NCBI GenBank assembly: GCA_004297215.1
Contig: SCUM01000001.1
Location: 289,181-353,180 of the forward strand
Origin: Patescibacteria group bacterium
GTDB lineage: Bacteria > Patescibacteriota > Patescibacteriia > UBA9934 > GWF2-40-263
DNA: 64,000 nt
Reading direction: 5' to 3'
Both the position numbers and the translations under genes were made by a program. Within the stretch, counting starts at the first letter, position 1, and every line of letters starts with the position of its first letter. Below, one piece after another: positions 1 to 9,956 of the stretch. The notes under the pieces are model-generated. The model made no database searches. It was not told the DNA's origin and saw only the letters and a program-made list of their open reading frames with translations.

Positions 1-129
1 CGTCACCCCGATCACCACGAGATGCCTGGACGGGTGGCCGTACCAATAGGCCGCCAGGTGCGCTAAGCCAAGGTGATACAGAGAAATCACCGGTTCGGGG
101 ACCAGCTTGCGCAGGAGGGATTTGAGCAT
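1..129 (-). CDS. Mur ligase family protein, N-terminal fragment (gene continues past the window start); MLKSLLRKLVPEPVISLYHLGLAHLAAYWYGHPSRHLVVIGVT resembles the region just upstream of the Mur ligase ATP-binding P-loop
   Basis: Translated by hand from the minus strand starting at ATG 129..127. The motif is Mur/FolC-ligase-like and truncated by the window edge. It is not in the ORF track because it is under 60 aa. Confidence 0.4.
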   Translation of the reverse strand, partial: MLKSLLRKLVPEPVISLYHLGLAHLAAYWYGHPSRHLVVIGVT

Positions 130-159
130 GTCGCCGGTTAAGTATAGCATGGCCTCACT

Positions 160-921
160 ATGCCTGCCGCGCCACCGACAAGTTGGGAAAACGTGGCCGA
201 CTGGTACGGCAAGCACCAGGAAGAGACCGGAACGCTGCTCGCGAGCGTCGTCTATCCGGGGGCGTTGAAGCTGCTCGCGCCCAAGTCCGGGGCGTCATAT
301 CTCGACGTGGCCTGCGGCGAGGGGGCGTTTTCCCGATTGGTCGCCGCCAGGACGAAGGGTCACGTGAGCGGGTTCGACGCCGCCCCGAGCCTCATCGCCA
401 TTGCCAAGAAGCAGGCGCTGAAGCACGCGGCCTACGCCATCGCCGACGCACGGGCGTTCTCGAAGCTGTATCCGCTCAACTCCTTCGACGGCGCCACCTG
501 CCTGCTGGCGATACAAAATATCGATGAGCCGGGAAAGGTCTTTCAGGAGGCGTCGAAGGCCCTCAAGCCCGCAGGGACGTTCGTCGTGGTGATGAACCAT
601 CCGGCGTTCCGCGTCCCTGGGGCGAGCAGCTGGGGATACGAGGGGAACGCCAAGATGTTCCGGCGCGTGGACAGGTATCTTTCCGCGCTCGAGATCCCCA
701 TCCAGGCGCATCCAGGAACGGACCCGACGGTCAAGACCGTCTCATACCACCGTCCGATCTCGTCTTACGTGAACGCCCTTGCCGACGCCGGCTTCGCCGT
801 CACGCGCATGGAGGAGTGGACCAGCAACCGCGTAAGCAAGCCCGGCGCGAGGGCCAAGGCCGAAAACCTGTCGCGCAAGGAGATCCCGATGTTCTTAGCA
901 ATCAAGGCAACGAAGGTATGA
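160..921 (+). CDS. Class I SAM-dependent methyltransferase
   Basis: LDVACGEGAFS (motif I, glycine-rich SAM-binding loop) plus downstream acidic-loop and motif-post-I architecture; 253 aa. Confidence 0.75.
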   Translation: MPAAPPTSWENVADWYGKHQEETGTLLASVVYPGALKLLAPKSGASYLDVACGEGAFSRLVAARTKGHVSGFDAAPSLIAIAKKQALKHAAYAIADARAFSKLYPLNSFDGATCLLAIQNIDEPGKVFQEASKALKPAGTFVVVMNHPAFRVPGASSWGYEGNAKMFRRVDRYLSALEIPIQAHPGTDPTVKTVSYHRPISSYVNALADAGFAVTRMEEWTSNRVSKPGARAKAENLSRKEIPMFLAIKATKV

Positions 922-1259
922 GTTGGTGGATCACGCTCGCGAGGACGATGCCGGTGATGGTGCTGCTCCTGTTGAGCGCCGGCTCCGTCATTGCGGGGGA
1001 TTATTTCGGAAAACTCTGGTCGCAGAAGCCGTCCCCGGCGCTCTTCGCGGTCGCGCTCGGCTGGTATCTCCTCTCCGGATTCTTCTATCTCCCCACCCTG
1101 CAGCGCGAAGGGCTCGTCATCACTTCCGTCATCTGGACCGTCATCAGCACGACCGGATTCCTGGTCATCGGACTCCTTCTTTTCAACGAATCCCTCTCGC
1201 CCATCCAGATGGCCGGCGTCGCGCTCGGGGTCGTTTCCCTTATCTTGCTGAGCGTCTGA
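918..1259 (+). CDS. Small 4-TM membrane protein, SMR/EamA-like (DMT superfamily, ArnE/ArnF-like)
   Basis: ATG at 918 overlaps the stop of the upstream gene (ATGA). 113 aa with four hydrophobic segments, matching SMR size and topology. Confidence 0.55.
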   Translation: MSWWITLARTMPVMVLLLLSAGSVIAGDYFGKLWSQKPSPALFAVALGWYLLSGFFYLPTLQREGLVITSVIWTVISTTGFLVIGLLLFNESLSPIQMAGVALGVVSLILLSV

Positions 1260-1320
1260 CCTCCAGAATCAACCAGAGCCGGGTCCTGGAAAGCGTTGGT
1301 CTTACCTCGAAATCCGGCAT

Positions 1321-2787
1321 TCACTTCAAGTTCTTCACCGCCTCCACGAACTGGCCGCCGCGGTCGTAGGCGTTCTTGAACAATCCGAAGCTGGCGGTGC
1401 CGGGAGAGAGCAGTACGATGTCGCCGGCGCTGGCGGCTTTCTTCGCTTCGAGGACGGCGCTTTCCATGTCGCTCACGTTCACGCTCGGGACGGACGTGCC
1501 GACCGCCTGCTCGATCTCGGCCGTCGAGCTTCCCTCGAGGTACACGACGTGCTTGCAATGCTCGCGGATCGCAGCCGCCATCTCGTCGAAGCTGAACCCC
1601 TTGGCCTTGCCGCCCACGATCAGCACGACGCGCTTCTTGTCGTTCGCGAACCGCTTGAGCGCGGCGACCACGGCGTCCGGACTCGTCGCGTTGGTGTCGT
1701 TCACGTAGGTGACGCCGTCGAACTCGCGCACGGTCTGCTGGCGGCCCTGGAGCCCTTCGAAGGTCCGCAGCGACATGCATAAGCCTTCGTCCGGCACGCC
1801 GGCAAGGGCGGCGGCGAGCGTTGCCGCGAGCGCGTTCTGCACGTTGTGCTCGCCCTGCAGGCACGGCCAGTTCTGCGGGTGGCAGATTTCCCTGTCCGTC
1901 CCGCCGAGGCGCAGGTGCAGCGTGCCGTCCTCGGCGATATACGTCCCTTCGACGCTCTCCGGCAACGGCTTCGCGCTGAACCAGAAGGCCCTGGACTTCA
2001 CCCGTTCGCCTACTTTGCGCACGATCTCGTGGTCGTAGTTGAGAACGGCTTTTTGCGACGGCGATTGCGTGTTGAAAATGATCTCCTTGGCCGCGAGATA
2101 TGCGTCGAACGACTCGTAGCGGTCGAGGTGGTCCATGGACACGTTGGTGAGCACGGCCACCTCCGGGCCGACCTTCACGTGATCCAACCCTTCCAGGAGC
2201 CAGCTCGACAACTCGAGCGCCACCGGCACCGGCTTCTCCTCCGTGAGCATCCAATCCAATTCCTCAAGCGGGCTGTGCATGATGTTGCCGGCCACGACGG
2301 TCTTGGGATGCACGCGCTTGAGCATCTCCCCGATGAGCGCCGTCGTGGTGGATTTCCCGCGCGTGCCGGTGACGGCGCAGATAGGATGCGGATAGAAATG
2401 CCAGAACAGCGACACGTCGCTCTCCACGCGCACGCCGTTCTTCTCGGCGAGCTTCACGAACGCGGATTCCTTCGGCACGTCCGGGTTCTTCACCACGAGC
2501 TGCACGTTCTCGAAATCCTCCTCGCGATGTTCGCCCAGCACGAACACGGGCGCATAGATGTCGCGATCCGGGTACTCCTTGCGGTACTCCTCGTACCACT
2601 GGGTCACCAAGTCCACCGACGCCTTGAGGTCGGCCTCGCTCTTCAAGTCGGTCACCACGATCTGCGCGCCGTGGCGCATGAGCCATTTGGCCGCCCCGAT
2701 GCCGCTCCCTTGCTTGAACCTCCCAAGGCCCATCACGGTGACGACGGCGTCCTGGAGGTCTGTAGGTTTGGTGAAATCGATAGGCAT
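1321..2787 (-). CDS. murD: UDP-N-acetylmuramoylalanine--D-glutamate ligase MurD
   Basis: N-terminal Rossmann GLGRFKQGSGIGAAKWL and the Mur ligase P-loop VTGTRGKSTTT; 488 aa. Confidence 0.9.
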   Translation of the reverse strand: MPIDFTKPTDLQDAVVTVMGLGRFKQGSGIGAAKWLMRHGAQIVVTDLKSEADLKASVDLVTQWYEEYRKEYPDRDIYAPVFVLGEHREEDFENVQLVVKNPDVPKESAFVKLAEKNGVRVESDVSLFWHFYPHPICAVTGTRGKSTTTALIGEMLKRVHPKTVVAGNIMHSPLEELDWMLTEEKPVPVALELSSWLLEGLDHVKVGPEVAVLTNVSMDHLDRYESFDAYLAAKEIIFNTQSPSQKAVLNYDHEIVRKVGERVKSRAFWFSAKPLPESVEGTYIAEDGTLHLRLGGTDREICHPQNWPCLQGEHNVQNALAATLAAALAGVPDEGLCMSLRTFEGLQGRQQTVREFDGVTYVNDTNATSPDAVVAALKRFANDKKRVVLIVGGKAKGFSFDEMAAAIREHCKHVVYLEGSSTAEIEQAVGTSVPSVNVSDMESAVLEAKKAASAGDIVLLSPGTASFGLFKNAYDRGGQFVEAVKNLK

Positions 2788-2789
2788 AG

Positions 2790-3446
2790 TCAGAATTCCC
2801 CTTTCAGGGCGGCAATACGGACCAGGATCATTGCTTTAGCCACGACGGTCCACATGCGGACGTATTGTACCAGAGCTTTCCGCCAACCCACCTTTTGGAA
2901 CTTCCGCCGCATGGTGAGGCCCGGGAGCGGCACCGACCCGTACGGCAGGCGGTTGCGACGGCAATAATAGTTGAGCGCCTCTTCCAGCTGGAACCCGCGA
3001 AGCAGATGCGGCGGCACGCGCTCGATGATCTCGCGCGGGAGCGCGCGTTCGCCGGACACGAGCGGGAGCCAGCGCGTGAACGGGGTGAACCACCCGCGGT
3101 CGCGTTGGCTGCAGTTCATCACGCGGCTGCCGTCGAGCACGGGCGCAAGCAGGCGCTCGACATGGTCGGCGGTGAGTCCCACGAGGTCGGCGTCAAGCAG
3201 CAGGACGAGCGGCGCGTCGGTCATGGCGAGGCCGGAGAGCACGGCGGCCCCCTTTCCGCCGTTGGTCGGGCGCTCCACCACCCTGGCGCCGGCCTCGCGG
3301 GCGACGGCGGCCGTCCGGTCGGTGGACGCGTCGGACACGACGATCGTCTCTGACACGAGCGGGCTCGTCCTCACGGCGCGCACCACGTCCGCGACGGTCG
3401 TTTCCTCGTCATACGCGGGGATGATGGCGGCGACGCGCACGCTCAT
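2790..3446 (-). CDS. Family 2 glycosyltransferase (GT2, GpgS/DPM-synthase-like)
   Basis: AAIIPAYDEE...VVSDASTD...DAD motif architecture; 218 aa. The stop abuts the murD start. Confidence 0.75.
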   Translation of the reverse strand: MSVRVAAIIPAYDEETTVADVVRAVRTSPLVSETIVVSDASTDRTAAVAREAGARVVERPTNGGKGAAVLSGLAMTDAPLVLLLDADLVGLTADHVERLLAPVLDGSRVMNCSQRDRGWFTPFTRWLPLVSGERALPREIIERVPPHLLRGFQLEEALNYYCRRNRLPYGSVPLPGLTMRRKFQKVGWRKALVQYVRMWTVVAKAMILVRIAALKGEF

Positions 3447-4141
3447 ATCAGCGGCGTATCCTGCCGGCGCTTCCTTTCTCGCGCGATGCGCGACCGGGCT
3501 TCGGTTACGGCTTCAGCGACCGGCGCGGCAAGCGCGATGAGTCCTTCCTGTTCGGCCGGAAGCCTGCCGGCTGCCCGGAGGGACTCGAGCGAGGCCGTTG
3601 CGCGGGAAAGATATGCCTGCGCGAGCTCGAGTTCCTTGTCCGCCACGTCGAGCGAGTAGGCGTCCTCGTGCGCGAGCTCGTTCAGCGCATACGAGACTTT
3701 CATGGGCACCAAGCACGCGTTGAGGCACACGCGCAGGAGCTGCGGGTGGCGCTCCTTGGCGTAGGCGGCCTTCGCGAAGCGGAACGCCGGGCCGGCCCAT
3801 GCGAGCGCGCGCTCGTACGTGGGCTCGCGCTCGAGGTCGCGACGCAGGAATTCGAGCACCGGCATGTCAGGGCCGTGCGCCGTCGCGTCTGCGGGTTCAT
3901 GCTCATGCCCGTCATGGTGCGGACAGTCCTCGGATTCCTCGAGCCAGCCCGGGCCGATCTTCGCCGTGAGCTCCGCTTCGCTCGCGTCTTCGGTGTCCGC
4001 CTGTTCCCGGACGACCGCCTCCTCCGCCTCAAAGCCTGGGCCGGATTCCCGCTCCTCATGCGCGCGGCACAAATCATCGAAATCCTCTTCAAGGACGGCA
4101 AGCTCGTCCCGGCGGCTTCCCCATGGGTATTCCGGCAACAT
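3443..4141 (-). CDS. Hypothetical acidic protein
   Basis: 232-aa ORF in an operon position, overlapping the GT2 start by 4 nt. GC3-rich codon usage. No recognisable motif. Confidence 0.45.
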   Translation of the reverse strand: MLPEYPWGSRRDELAVLEEDFDDLCRAHEERESGPGFEAEEAVVREQADTEDASEAELTAKIGPGWLEESEDCPHHDGHEHEPADATAHGPDMPVLEFLRRDLEREPTYERALAWAGPAFRFAKAAYAKERHPQLLRVCLNACLVPMKVSYALNELAHEDAYSLDVADKELELAQAYLSRATASLESLRAAGRLPAEQEGLIALAAPVAEAVTEARSRIARERKRRQDTPLI

Positions 4142-4151
4142 ATGGCCGCAT

Positions 4152-6800
4152 TTAACCCTTTCGGGCTCCCTGCGACAAGAACCGGCCTTTCACCGCCTCG
4201 ATCACGACCACGCGCACGGCGCCAAGGGAGAGGACGAGGCCGAGGTCTGCGCCCGTGAGCGGCACATGGCCGAACGCGGCCATGACCGTCGGGACGAACA
4301 GGGTGATGGCGATGAGCAGCATCCCGCACGCCACCCCGGCCACGAGCCACGGATTGGAAAGCGGATGGATGCGCCACAACGGCACGCGCATGTTCTTGAG
4401 CGAGAACGCATGGACCACCGAGATGAACCCGACCGCGGCGAACAGGACGGTCTGCAGGTGGTCGAGCGGATATCCCGCGCGAAGCAGCAGGACGAACGAG
4501 AGGAAGACGGCGATGTCCGTGACGAGGCCGGTGAGGACGATGAGGCGGATCATCCGCCGGTCGAGCACCGGTTCGTCCCGTCGGCGGGGCGGATCCCGCA
4601 TGATTCCCGGTTCGCCCGGCTCCATCGTGAGCGCGGCGCTCGGCAGCCCGTCCGCGACCAGGTTGATCCAGAGGATCTGCAGCGCCGTGAGCGGGAGCGG
4701 AAGGCCGGCAATGATCGATCCGCCGATGAGCAGGATCTCGGTGAAGCAGCTGGACAGCAGGTACACGCTCACGCGGCGGATGTTCTCGAACAGGACGCGC
4801 CCCTGCTCGACCGCGGCCGTCACGGTCCCCAGGTCGTTGTCGAGCAGGATGATGTCGGCGGCTTCCTTCGCCACCTCCGTGCCGGACCCGAGCGCGACCC
4901 CCACGTCCGCGGCCTTGAGCGCCGGGGCGTCGTTCACCCCGTCGCCGACCATGGCGACCGACGCGCCGCGCGCGCGCCAGGCCTCGACCAGTCGGATCTT
5001 GTGGCGCGGCTCCACGCGCGCATACACGTCGATGCCGGTCACCCGTCGCGCGAGCTCGCGGTCGTCCCAACGGTCGAGCTCCTCTCCGGTCACGACGCGA
5101 TGCGTGCGGTCAAGGCCCGCCTCAAGCGCCACCAGCCGCGCGGTGTCGGGGTGATCGCCGGTCACGAGGACCGTGCGCACGCCGGCCGCGCGCGCCCGCG
5201 CGACCTGCTCCTGCGCCTGCGGCCTCAACGGGTCGCGCAGGCCGAGGAACCCGAGGAATGCCATCCCGCGAAGGTCGTCCGCCTCAAGCGTCTTCGCCCG
5301 CGCGCCGGCCTCCCGGGTGGCGCATCCGATCACGCGTACCCCGCCTTTCAGCAGCCGCGCGAGGACGCGGGACACCCGGCGCCGCTCTCCGTCGGTGAAC
5401 GGATGGACGTCGCCGTCCTCTCCCAGGTACGACGCGCATCGCGCAAGCACGAATTCGGGGGCGCCCTTGTACAGGATGCGCGCCTCCTTGCCCGCCCACC
5501 GATGGAGGGTCGCCATGTCCTTGCGACGGGAATCGAACGGGATCTCGGCAAGCCGCGGGTGCCGGAGGCGCAAGGCGGCCGCGTCGATGCCGGCGGAGAG
5601 CCCCGCGCCCATGAGCGCGCGCTCGGTGGGCGACCCGTTCGTCGCCTGCTCGATCCCCTTCACGCGTTCCACCACCGCGTCGTTCACCAGCATCCCCGCT
5701 TCCAGGAGCGCGACGATGCCGCGGGATACCGAGAGGTGGCTCACGTCCGCGGCGGACGGGGCCCCTTCGGCCGGGACGACCTCCGCCACGCGCATCTCCC
5801 CTTCCGTGAGCGTCCCGGTCTTGTCCGTGCAGATCACCGACACGCTCCCGAGCGTCTCGGCCGCCACCAGCCGGCGCACGAGGGATCCCCGTTTGAGGAT
5901 CCGCCGCATGCCGACCGCAAGCACCATGGTGACGGACACCATGAGCCCTTCCGGCACGGCCGACACCGCAAGCGCGATGCCCGTCTTGAGCATCTCGACC
6001 GTGCCGCGGCCGGACGCGATCCCGAGGACGAACAGCGCGAGGACGGTCGCGACCGCGAACAACCCGATCCGGGCGCTCAACTGGCGCAGCTGCGCCTGCA
6101 AGGACGTTTCCGGTTCCTCGGTCCCGACCACGAGCGAGGCGATCTTCCCGAGTTCGGTGAGGGAGCCGGTCGCGACCACCACCGCTTCCGCCCGGCCGGC
6201 CACCACGATCGTGCCGGCAAACGCCATGTTGACGCGCTCGGCGAGGATCGTCCCGATGCGGAGCGCCTCCGGACCTTTTGCGACCGGCATGGATTCCCCG
6301 GTGAGCGGCGCTTCGTTCGTCTCGCACGCCACGGCCTCGATGAGGCGCGCGTCCGCGGCCACCCGGTCTCCCGCGCGCAGCACGAGCCGGTCGCCAAGGA
6401 CCAGCTCGGAAGCGCGGATCTCCCGTTCGCGCCCGTCACGGCGCACCATGGACATCGGCACGACGAGCGACCGGATCGCCTCAAGCGTGCGGGCCGCGCG
6501 GTATTCCTGGAAGAACCCGAGCGCCGCGTTCAGCGCGAACGCGCAGGCGATCACCGCCGCCTCGGCCTTGTCCCCGAGCGCGAGGCTCACGACCGCGGCC
6601 GCGAGCAACAGCAGCATGAGCGGCGCCGAGACCTGCCGGGCGAGCACCCCGGCCCATCCGTCATGACGGACGGTCGGAAGGGCGTTTGGTCCGTGGAGAC
6701 GGAGGCGGCGCGCCGCCTCCGAGCCCGCCAAGCCGCCCGGAGGGGATCCGAGCGCTTTCAAGACGGCCGCAGCGGATTGCGCATGCCAGGGGCGTTCCAT
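4152..6800 (-). CDS. P-type cation-transporting ATPase (P2-type, Ca2+/Mg2+-ATPase-like)
   Basis: ICTDKTGTLT phosphorylation motif, TGDHPDTA and GDGVNDAPALKAADVGVA hinge motifs, N-terminal cation-ATPase domain, 10-TM architecture; 882 aa. Confidence 0.9.
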   Translation of the reverse strand: MERPWHAQSAAAVLKALGSPPGGLAGSEAARRLRLHGPNALPTVRHDGWAGVLARQVSAPLMLLLLAAAVVSLALGDKAEAAVIACAFALNAALGFFQEYRAARTLEAIRSLVVPMSMVRRDGREREIRASELVLGDRLVLRAGDRVAADARLIEAVACETNEAPLTGESMPVAKGPEALRIGTILAERVNMAFAGTIVVAGRAEAVVVATGSLTELGKIASLVVGTEEPETSLQAQLRQLSARIGLFAVATVLALFVLGIASGRGTVEMLKTGIALAVSAVPEGLMVSVTMVLAVGMRRILKRGSLVRRLVAAETLGSVSVICTDKTGTLTEGEMRVAEVVPAEGAPSAADVSHLSVSRGIVALLEAGMLVNDAVVERVKGIEQATNGSPTERALMGAGLSAGIDAAALRLRHPRLAEIPFDSRRKDMATLHRWAGKEARILYKGAPEFVLARCASYLGEDGDVHPFTDGERRRVSRVLARLLKGGVRVIGCATREAGARAKTLEADDLRGMAFLGFLGLRDPLRPQAQEQVARARAAGVRTVLVTGDHPDTARLVALEAGLDRTHRVVTGEELDRWDDRELARRVTGIDVYARVEPRHKIRLVEAWRARGASVAMVGDGVNDAPALKAADVGVALGSGTEVAKEAADIILLDNDLGTVTAAVEQGRVLFENIRRVSVYLLSSCFTEILLIGGSIIAGLPLPLTALQILWINLVADGLPSAALTMEPGEPGIMRDPPRRRDEPVLDRRMIRLIVLTGLVTDIAVFLSFVLLLRAGYPLDHLQTVLFAAVGFISVVHAFSLKNMRVPLWRIHPLSNPWLVAGVACGMLLIAITLFVPTVMAAFGHVPLTGADLGLVLSLGAVRVVVIEAVKGRFLSQGARKG

Positions 6801-6827
6801 GTCCGGACGGTTCCTCCACGGCCCGGT

Positions 6828-7490
6828 TCAACGCCCGAGCGCCAGTCGCGGGACGTACCCGGCCCACGCGAACGAGGTGAGGAACGAGGTCATCTGACGG
6901 GTCAGGATCGGGAGGCTGAGGAGCGTGTCCTTGGGGAGGACTTCCGTGAGCGATACGGCCGCGCCCGGGACGAACAGCGCGAGCTGGGATCCGGTCACCG
7001 GGACGATCAGCTCCTCCCAATGCGTCCCGTATGCCGTCGTCGCGACGCGCTCGCTCGTGAGCAGGCGCGCGACCGGATACAGCGGACGCTCGGGATTCGC
7101 GACCAGCGCGTACACGGCGGCCTGTCCCGGAACCTGCACGAGCGCGCTCCCGGCCTTGGGCAGCATGGGGTCGCCCGCGGGAAGCGATTCGACGGTGGCG
7201 TCGCTTACCAATCGCACGTGGCGGAAGTCCGGCTCGTAGGTGAAGAACTGCACGTCGCTCACGAACGCGCGGGCCTTGAAATCGTCCGCGACATAGACGA
7301 CGCCCGCGTGCCCCGGGCTGCGCAGGTACTCGCCCAGGCAGACGATATCCACGGCTTCCTCGGCGCCCGAGACGGCGCGCACGCGCGTGCCGGGCGCGAC
7401 CGGCGCGTCGCACGACGGCGCGGCAGCGGAGGCAGCAAGCGGGAGGAACAAGGCGGCGACGAACGAGACGAGCGTGAGGCGCATGCGCAT
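6828..7490 (-). CDS. Secreted hypothetical protein (signal peptide)
   Basis: N-terminal MRMRLTLVSFVAALFLPLAASAAAP signal peptide; 220 aa. It is first in the operon with the P-type ATPase. Confidence 0.45.
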   Translation of the reverse strand: MRMRLTLVSFVAALFLPLAASAAAPSCDAPVAPGTRVRAVSGAEEAVDIVCLGEYLRSPGHAGVVYVADDFKARAFVSDVQFFTYEPDFRHVRLVSDATVESLPAGDPMLPKAGSALVQVPGQAAVYALVANPERPLYPVARLLTSERVATTAYGTHWEELIVPVTGSQLALFVPGAAVSLTEVLPKDTLLSLPILTRQMTSFLTSFAWAGYVPRLALGR

Positions 7491-7540
7491 ACGAAAGATT
7501 GTGCGCCTGTGGGGGCGGCGCGATTATGCGAACATCATAC

Positions 7541-7565
7541 CAAAAACCCCGCGAACGTTCGCGGG
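7541..7565 (-). terminator. Rho-independent terminator downstream of typA
   Basis: On the minus strand, hairpin CCCGCGAACGTTCGCGGG followed by a TTTTT run. Confidence 0.6.
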
Positions 7566-7580
7566 ACTCCTGTGCACAGC

Positions 7581-9398
7581 CTAGGCGTTCTGCGCCTCGG
7601 CGCGCTTGCGGGCGTTGTAGTCGAGGAAGGTCTTGCGGATGCGGATGGACTTGGGGGTGACCTCCACCAGCTCGTCGTCCCCGATGTACTCGAGGCTCTG
7701 CTCGAGGGTGAGGATGCGCGGGGGCTCGATCGCCACGCTCGCGCCGTCGCCCTTCGAGCGCATGTTGGAGAGCTTCTTCTCCTTGCACGGGTTCACGTCG
7801 ATGTCCTCGGCTCGGGAGTGCTCTCCGATCACCATGCCCACGTACACCTGCGTCCCGACCGGCACGAACATCACCCCGCGCTCCTGCAAGTTGGTGACGG
7901 CGTAGCCCATCACGGTCCCCTGCTCCATGGAGACGATGGACCCGTGTTCATTGGCGCTCACGTCGCCGGCGAGCGGTCGGTAGCCCAAGAGCAGCGTGTT
8001 GATGATCCCCTGGCCCTTCGTATCCGTCATGAACTCGTTGCGGTAGCCGATGAGCCCGCGCGTGGGGATCTCGAACTCCATGAACGCGGTGCCGTTCTCC
8101 ACCTTCATGTCCTTCATGTCGCCGCGGCGCTTGCCCATCTTCTCGATGATGATCCCCTGGAACGCCTCGGGCGCCTCGATGGACACGGCTTCGAACGGCT
8201 CGGTCTTCTCCCCATGCTCCTCGCGGAAGATCACCTGCGGGCGGCTCACCTGCAGCTCGTACCCCTCGCGGCGCATTTTTTCAATCAGAATCGCCAGGTG
8301 CAGCTCGCCGCGCCCGGAAACGATGAACGCGCCGTCGCCTTCGCCTGGGGCGACGCGCAGCGCCACGTCGTTTTGCAGCTCGCGGTCCAGGCGCTCCTTG
8401 ATGTTGCGGCTGGTGGTGAACTGCCCTTCCTGGCCGGCGAACGGCGAGGTGTTCACGCCGAAGGTCATCTTCACGGTGGGTGCTTCCACGTTGAGCACGG
8501 GGAGCGCGACCGGGTTCGTCGGGTCGGCGAAGGTCTCGCCGATCTGCACGTCCTCGACGCCCGCCACGGCGACGATCTCCCCGGCGGACGCCTCGGGCAG
8601 GTCCACGCGCGCGAGCGCCTGGAACCCCTGGATGGCAACGACCTTGGCCGGCTTCACCTTCCCGTCACGGTCGATGTGCGCGATGCTTTGCCCAACCTTG
8701 ATGCGGCCGTTCACCACGCGCCCCACCGCGATGCGGCCCTTGTAGTTGTCGTACATCACGTTGACGATGGACATCTGGAGCGGCTTCTCGACGTCGGCCT
8801 GCGGGGCCGGGATGTGGTCGACGATCGCCTGGAACAGCGGGGTGATGTCGGTCATCGCCTCGAGGTCCGGGGTAAGGCCGGCCTTGCCGTTCACGGCCGA
8901 GGCGTAGATCACCGGGAAATCGGCCTGCTCTTCGCTCGCCCCCAGGTCCACGAACAGGTCGAAGGTGTGGTTGAGCACCCACTCCGGGCGCGCGTCCTTC
9001 TTGTCGATCTTGTTGATGACCACGATCACCTTGTGCCCGGCCTTGATCGCCTGCTTCAACACGAACTTGGTCTGCGGCATCGGCCCCTCCTTGGCGTCCA
9101 CGAGCAGCAGGCAGCCGTCCACCATGCTCATGATGCGCTCCACCTCGCCGCCGAAATCCGCGTGGCCCGGGGTGTCCACGATGTTGAACTTGATGTCCTT
9201 CCACACGATGGACGCGTTCTTGGCGAGGATGGTGATCCCGCGCTCGCGCTCCAATTCGTTCGAGTCCATGATGGTGGTCCCCATCGCGTCCGCGTTGCGG
9301 AACGTGTTGGACTGCTTCAAAAGCGCGTCCACCAGGGTGGTCTTCCCGTGGTCGACGTGGGCGATGATGGCGAAATTGCGCAGGTCAGGACGGGTCAT
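7581..9398 (-). CDS. typA: Translational GTPase TypA/BipA
   Basis: RNFAIIAHVDHGKTTLVD G1 motif and EF-G-like domain order; start is MTRPDL at 9398. The upstream in-frame extension in the ORF track runs through the tRNA-Lys gene and is rejected. Confidence 0.9.
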   Translation of the reverse strand: MTRPDLRNFAIIAHVDHGKTTLVDALLKQSNTFRNADAMGTTIMDSNELERERGITILAKNASIVWKDIKFNIVDTPGHADFGGEVERIMSMVDGCLLLVDAKEGPMPQTKFVLKQAIKAGHKVIVVINKIDKKDARPEWVLNHTFDLFVDLGASEEQADFPVIYASAVNGKAGLTPDLEAMTDITPLFQAIVDHIPAPQADVEKPLQMSIVNVMYDNYKGRIAVGRVVNGRIKVGQSIAHIDRDGKVKPAKVVAIQGFQALARVDLPEASAGEIVAVAGVEDVQIGETFADPTNPVALPVLNVEAPTVKMTFGVNTSPFAGQEGQFTTSRNIKERLDRELQNDVALRVAPGEGDGAFIVSGRGELHLAILIEKMRREGYELQVSRPQVIFREEHGEKTEPFEAVSIEAPEAFQGIIIEKMGKRRGDMKDMKVENGTAFMEFEIPTRGLIGYRNEFMTDTKGQGIINTLLLGYRPLAGDVSANEHGSIVSMEQGTVMGYAVTNLQERGVMFVPVGTQVYVGMVIGEHSRAEDIDVNPCKEKKLSNMRSKGDGASVAIEPPRILTLEQSLEYIGDDELVEVTPKSIRIRKTFLDYNARKRAEAQNA

Positions 9399-9432
9399 AA
9401 TGGGCGGATGGTAGCCAAAAATCGAATTCAGG

Positions 9433-9460
9433 TCAAGACAAAACCGCCTGAGGCGGTTCT
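9433..9460 (-). terminator. Rho-independent terminator downstream of tRNA-Lys
   Basis: On the minus strand, AACCGCCTCAGGCGGTT hairpin followed by TTTTG. Confidence 0.55.
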
Positions 9461-9466
9461 GACTGG

Positions 9467-9538
9467 TGGGTCGGGTGGGGATCGAACCCACGACCTTGGG
9501 CTTAAAAGGCCCCTGCTCTACCATTGAGCTACCGACCC
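9467..9538 (-). tRNA. tRNA-Lys (anticodon UUU)
   Basis: Manual cloverleaf: acceptor GGGTCGG/CCGACCC, D-arm GCTC-AATGGTA-GAGC, anticodon loop CTTTTAA, T-arm GTGGG-TTCGATC-CCCAC. Confidence 0.8.
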
Positions 9539-9789
9539 GTAGTGAGGAGAAAACGAGCTCGCTCGTATTCGACGAACGAGGGTTGGCAACGGCTTTGCCG
9601 TTACCGACCCATGAATGGCCGGATGGTATCCGAAAATCGACGGGAAATCAAGCCCCTCCGACGCTCCAGCCGGGCTGGAGGTCGGAGCCCCGACCCCCGA
9701 AGGGCGTCGGGGTTGACGTCCTCTTCCCCTCTCGTTCTACTTCGCTACAATATCCAGGTCTTCATTCTTTATCCCCACGCGGAGTCCGT

Positions 9790-9927
9790 ATGAACACGGG
9801 AGTATGCATCACCTGCGGCGCGCAGGACGTCGACCTCGACGATGACACCGAGCAGTGCGCGGACTGCGTAGCCTTGGAAGGCGGAGCGCCCAAGAACGGC
9901 GCCGACGCGCTCGAGGAGACGACCTGA
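9790..9927 (+). CDS. Small acidic Cys-containing protein (CxxC...CxxC, possible zinc ribbon), 45 aa
   Basis: ATG preceded by GGAG; sequence MNTGVCITCG...CADC. Short, so uncertain. Confidence 0.3.
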   Translation: MNTGVCITCGAQDVDLDDDTEQCADCVALEGGAPKNGADALEETT

Positions 9928-9956
9928 CGATGACACCGCCCGACCGGGCGGTGTTT

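Noticed and set aside
3819-9527. 1902-aa plus-strand ORF (and many other long ORFs such as 11454-12986 +, 31718-33814 -, 44774-45514 +)
   Set aside because: These run antisense to strongly supported genes (the P-type ATPase, typA, ftsW/mraY, the DEAD-box helicase and the giant surface protein). They are Arg/Gly/His-rich with no motifs, the typical stop-codon-poor antisense frames of a high-GC genome.
9540-9789. Possible promoter (TTGACG ... TACAAT) upstream of the small Zn-ribbon ORF
   Set aside because: The spacing between the -35 and -10 candidates is about 27 nt, so no convincing sigma70 promoter could be defined. The region does contain several hairpins.
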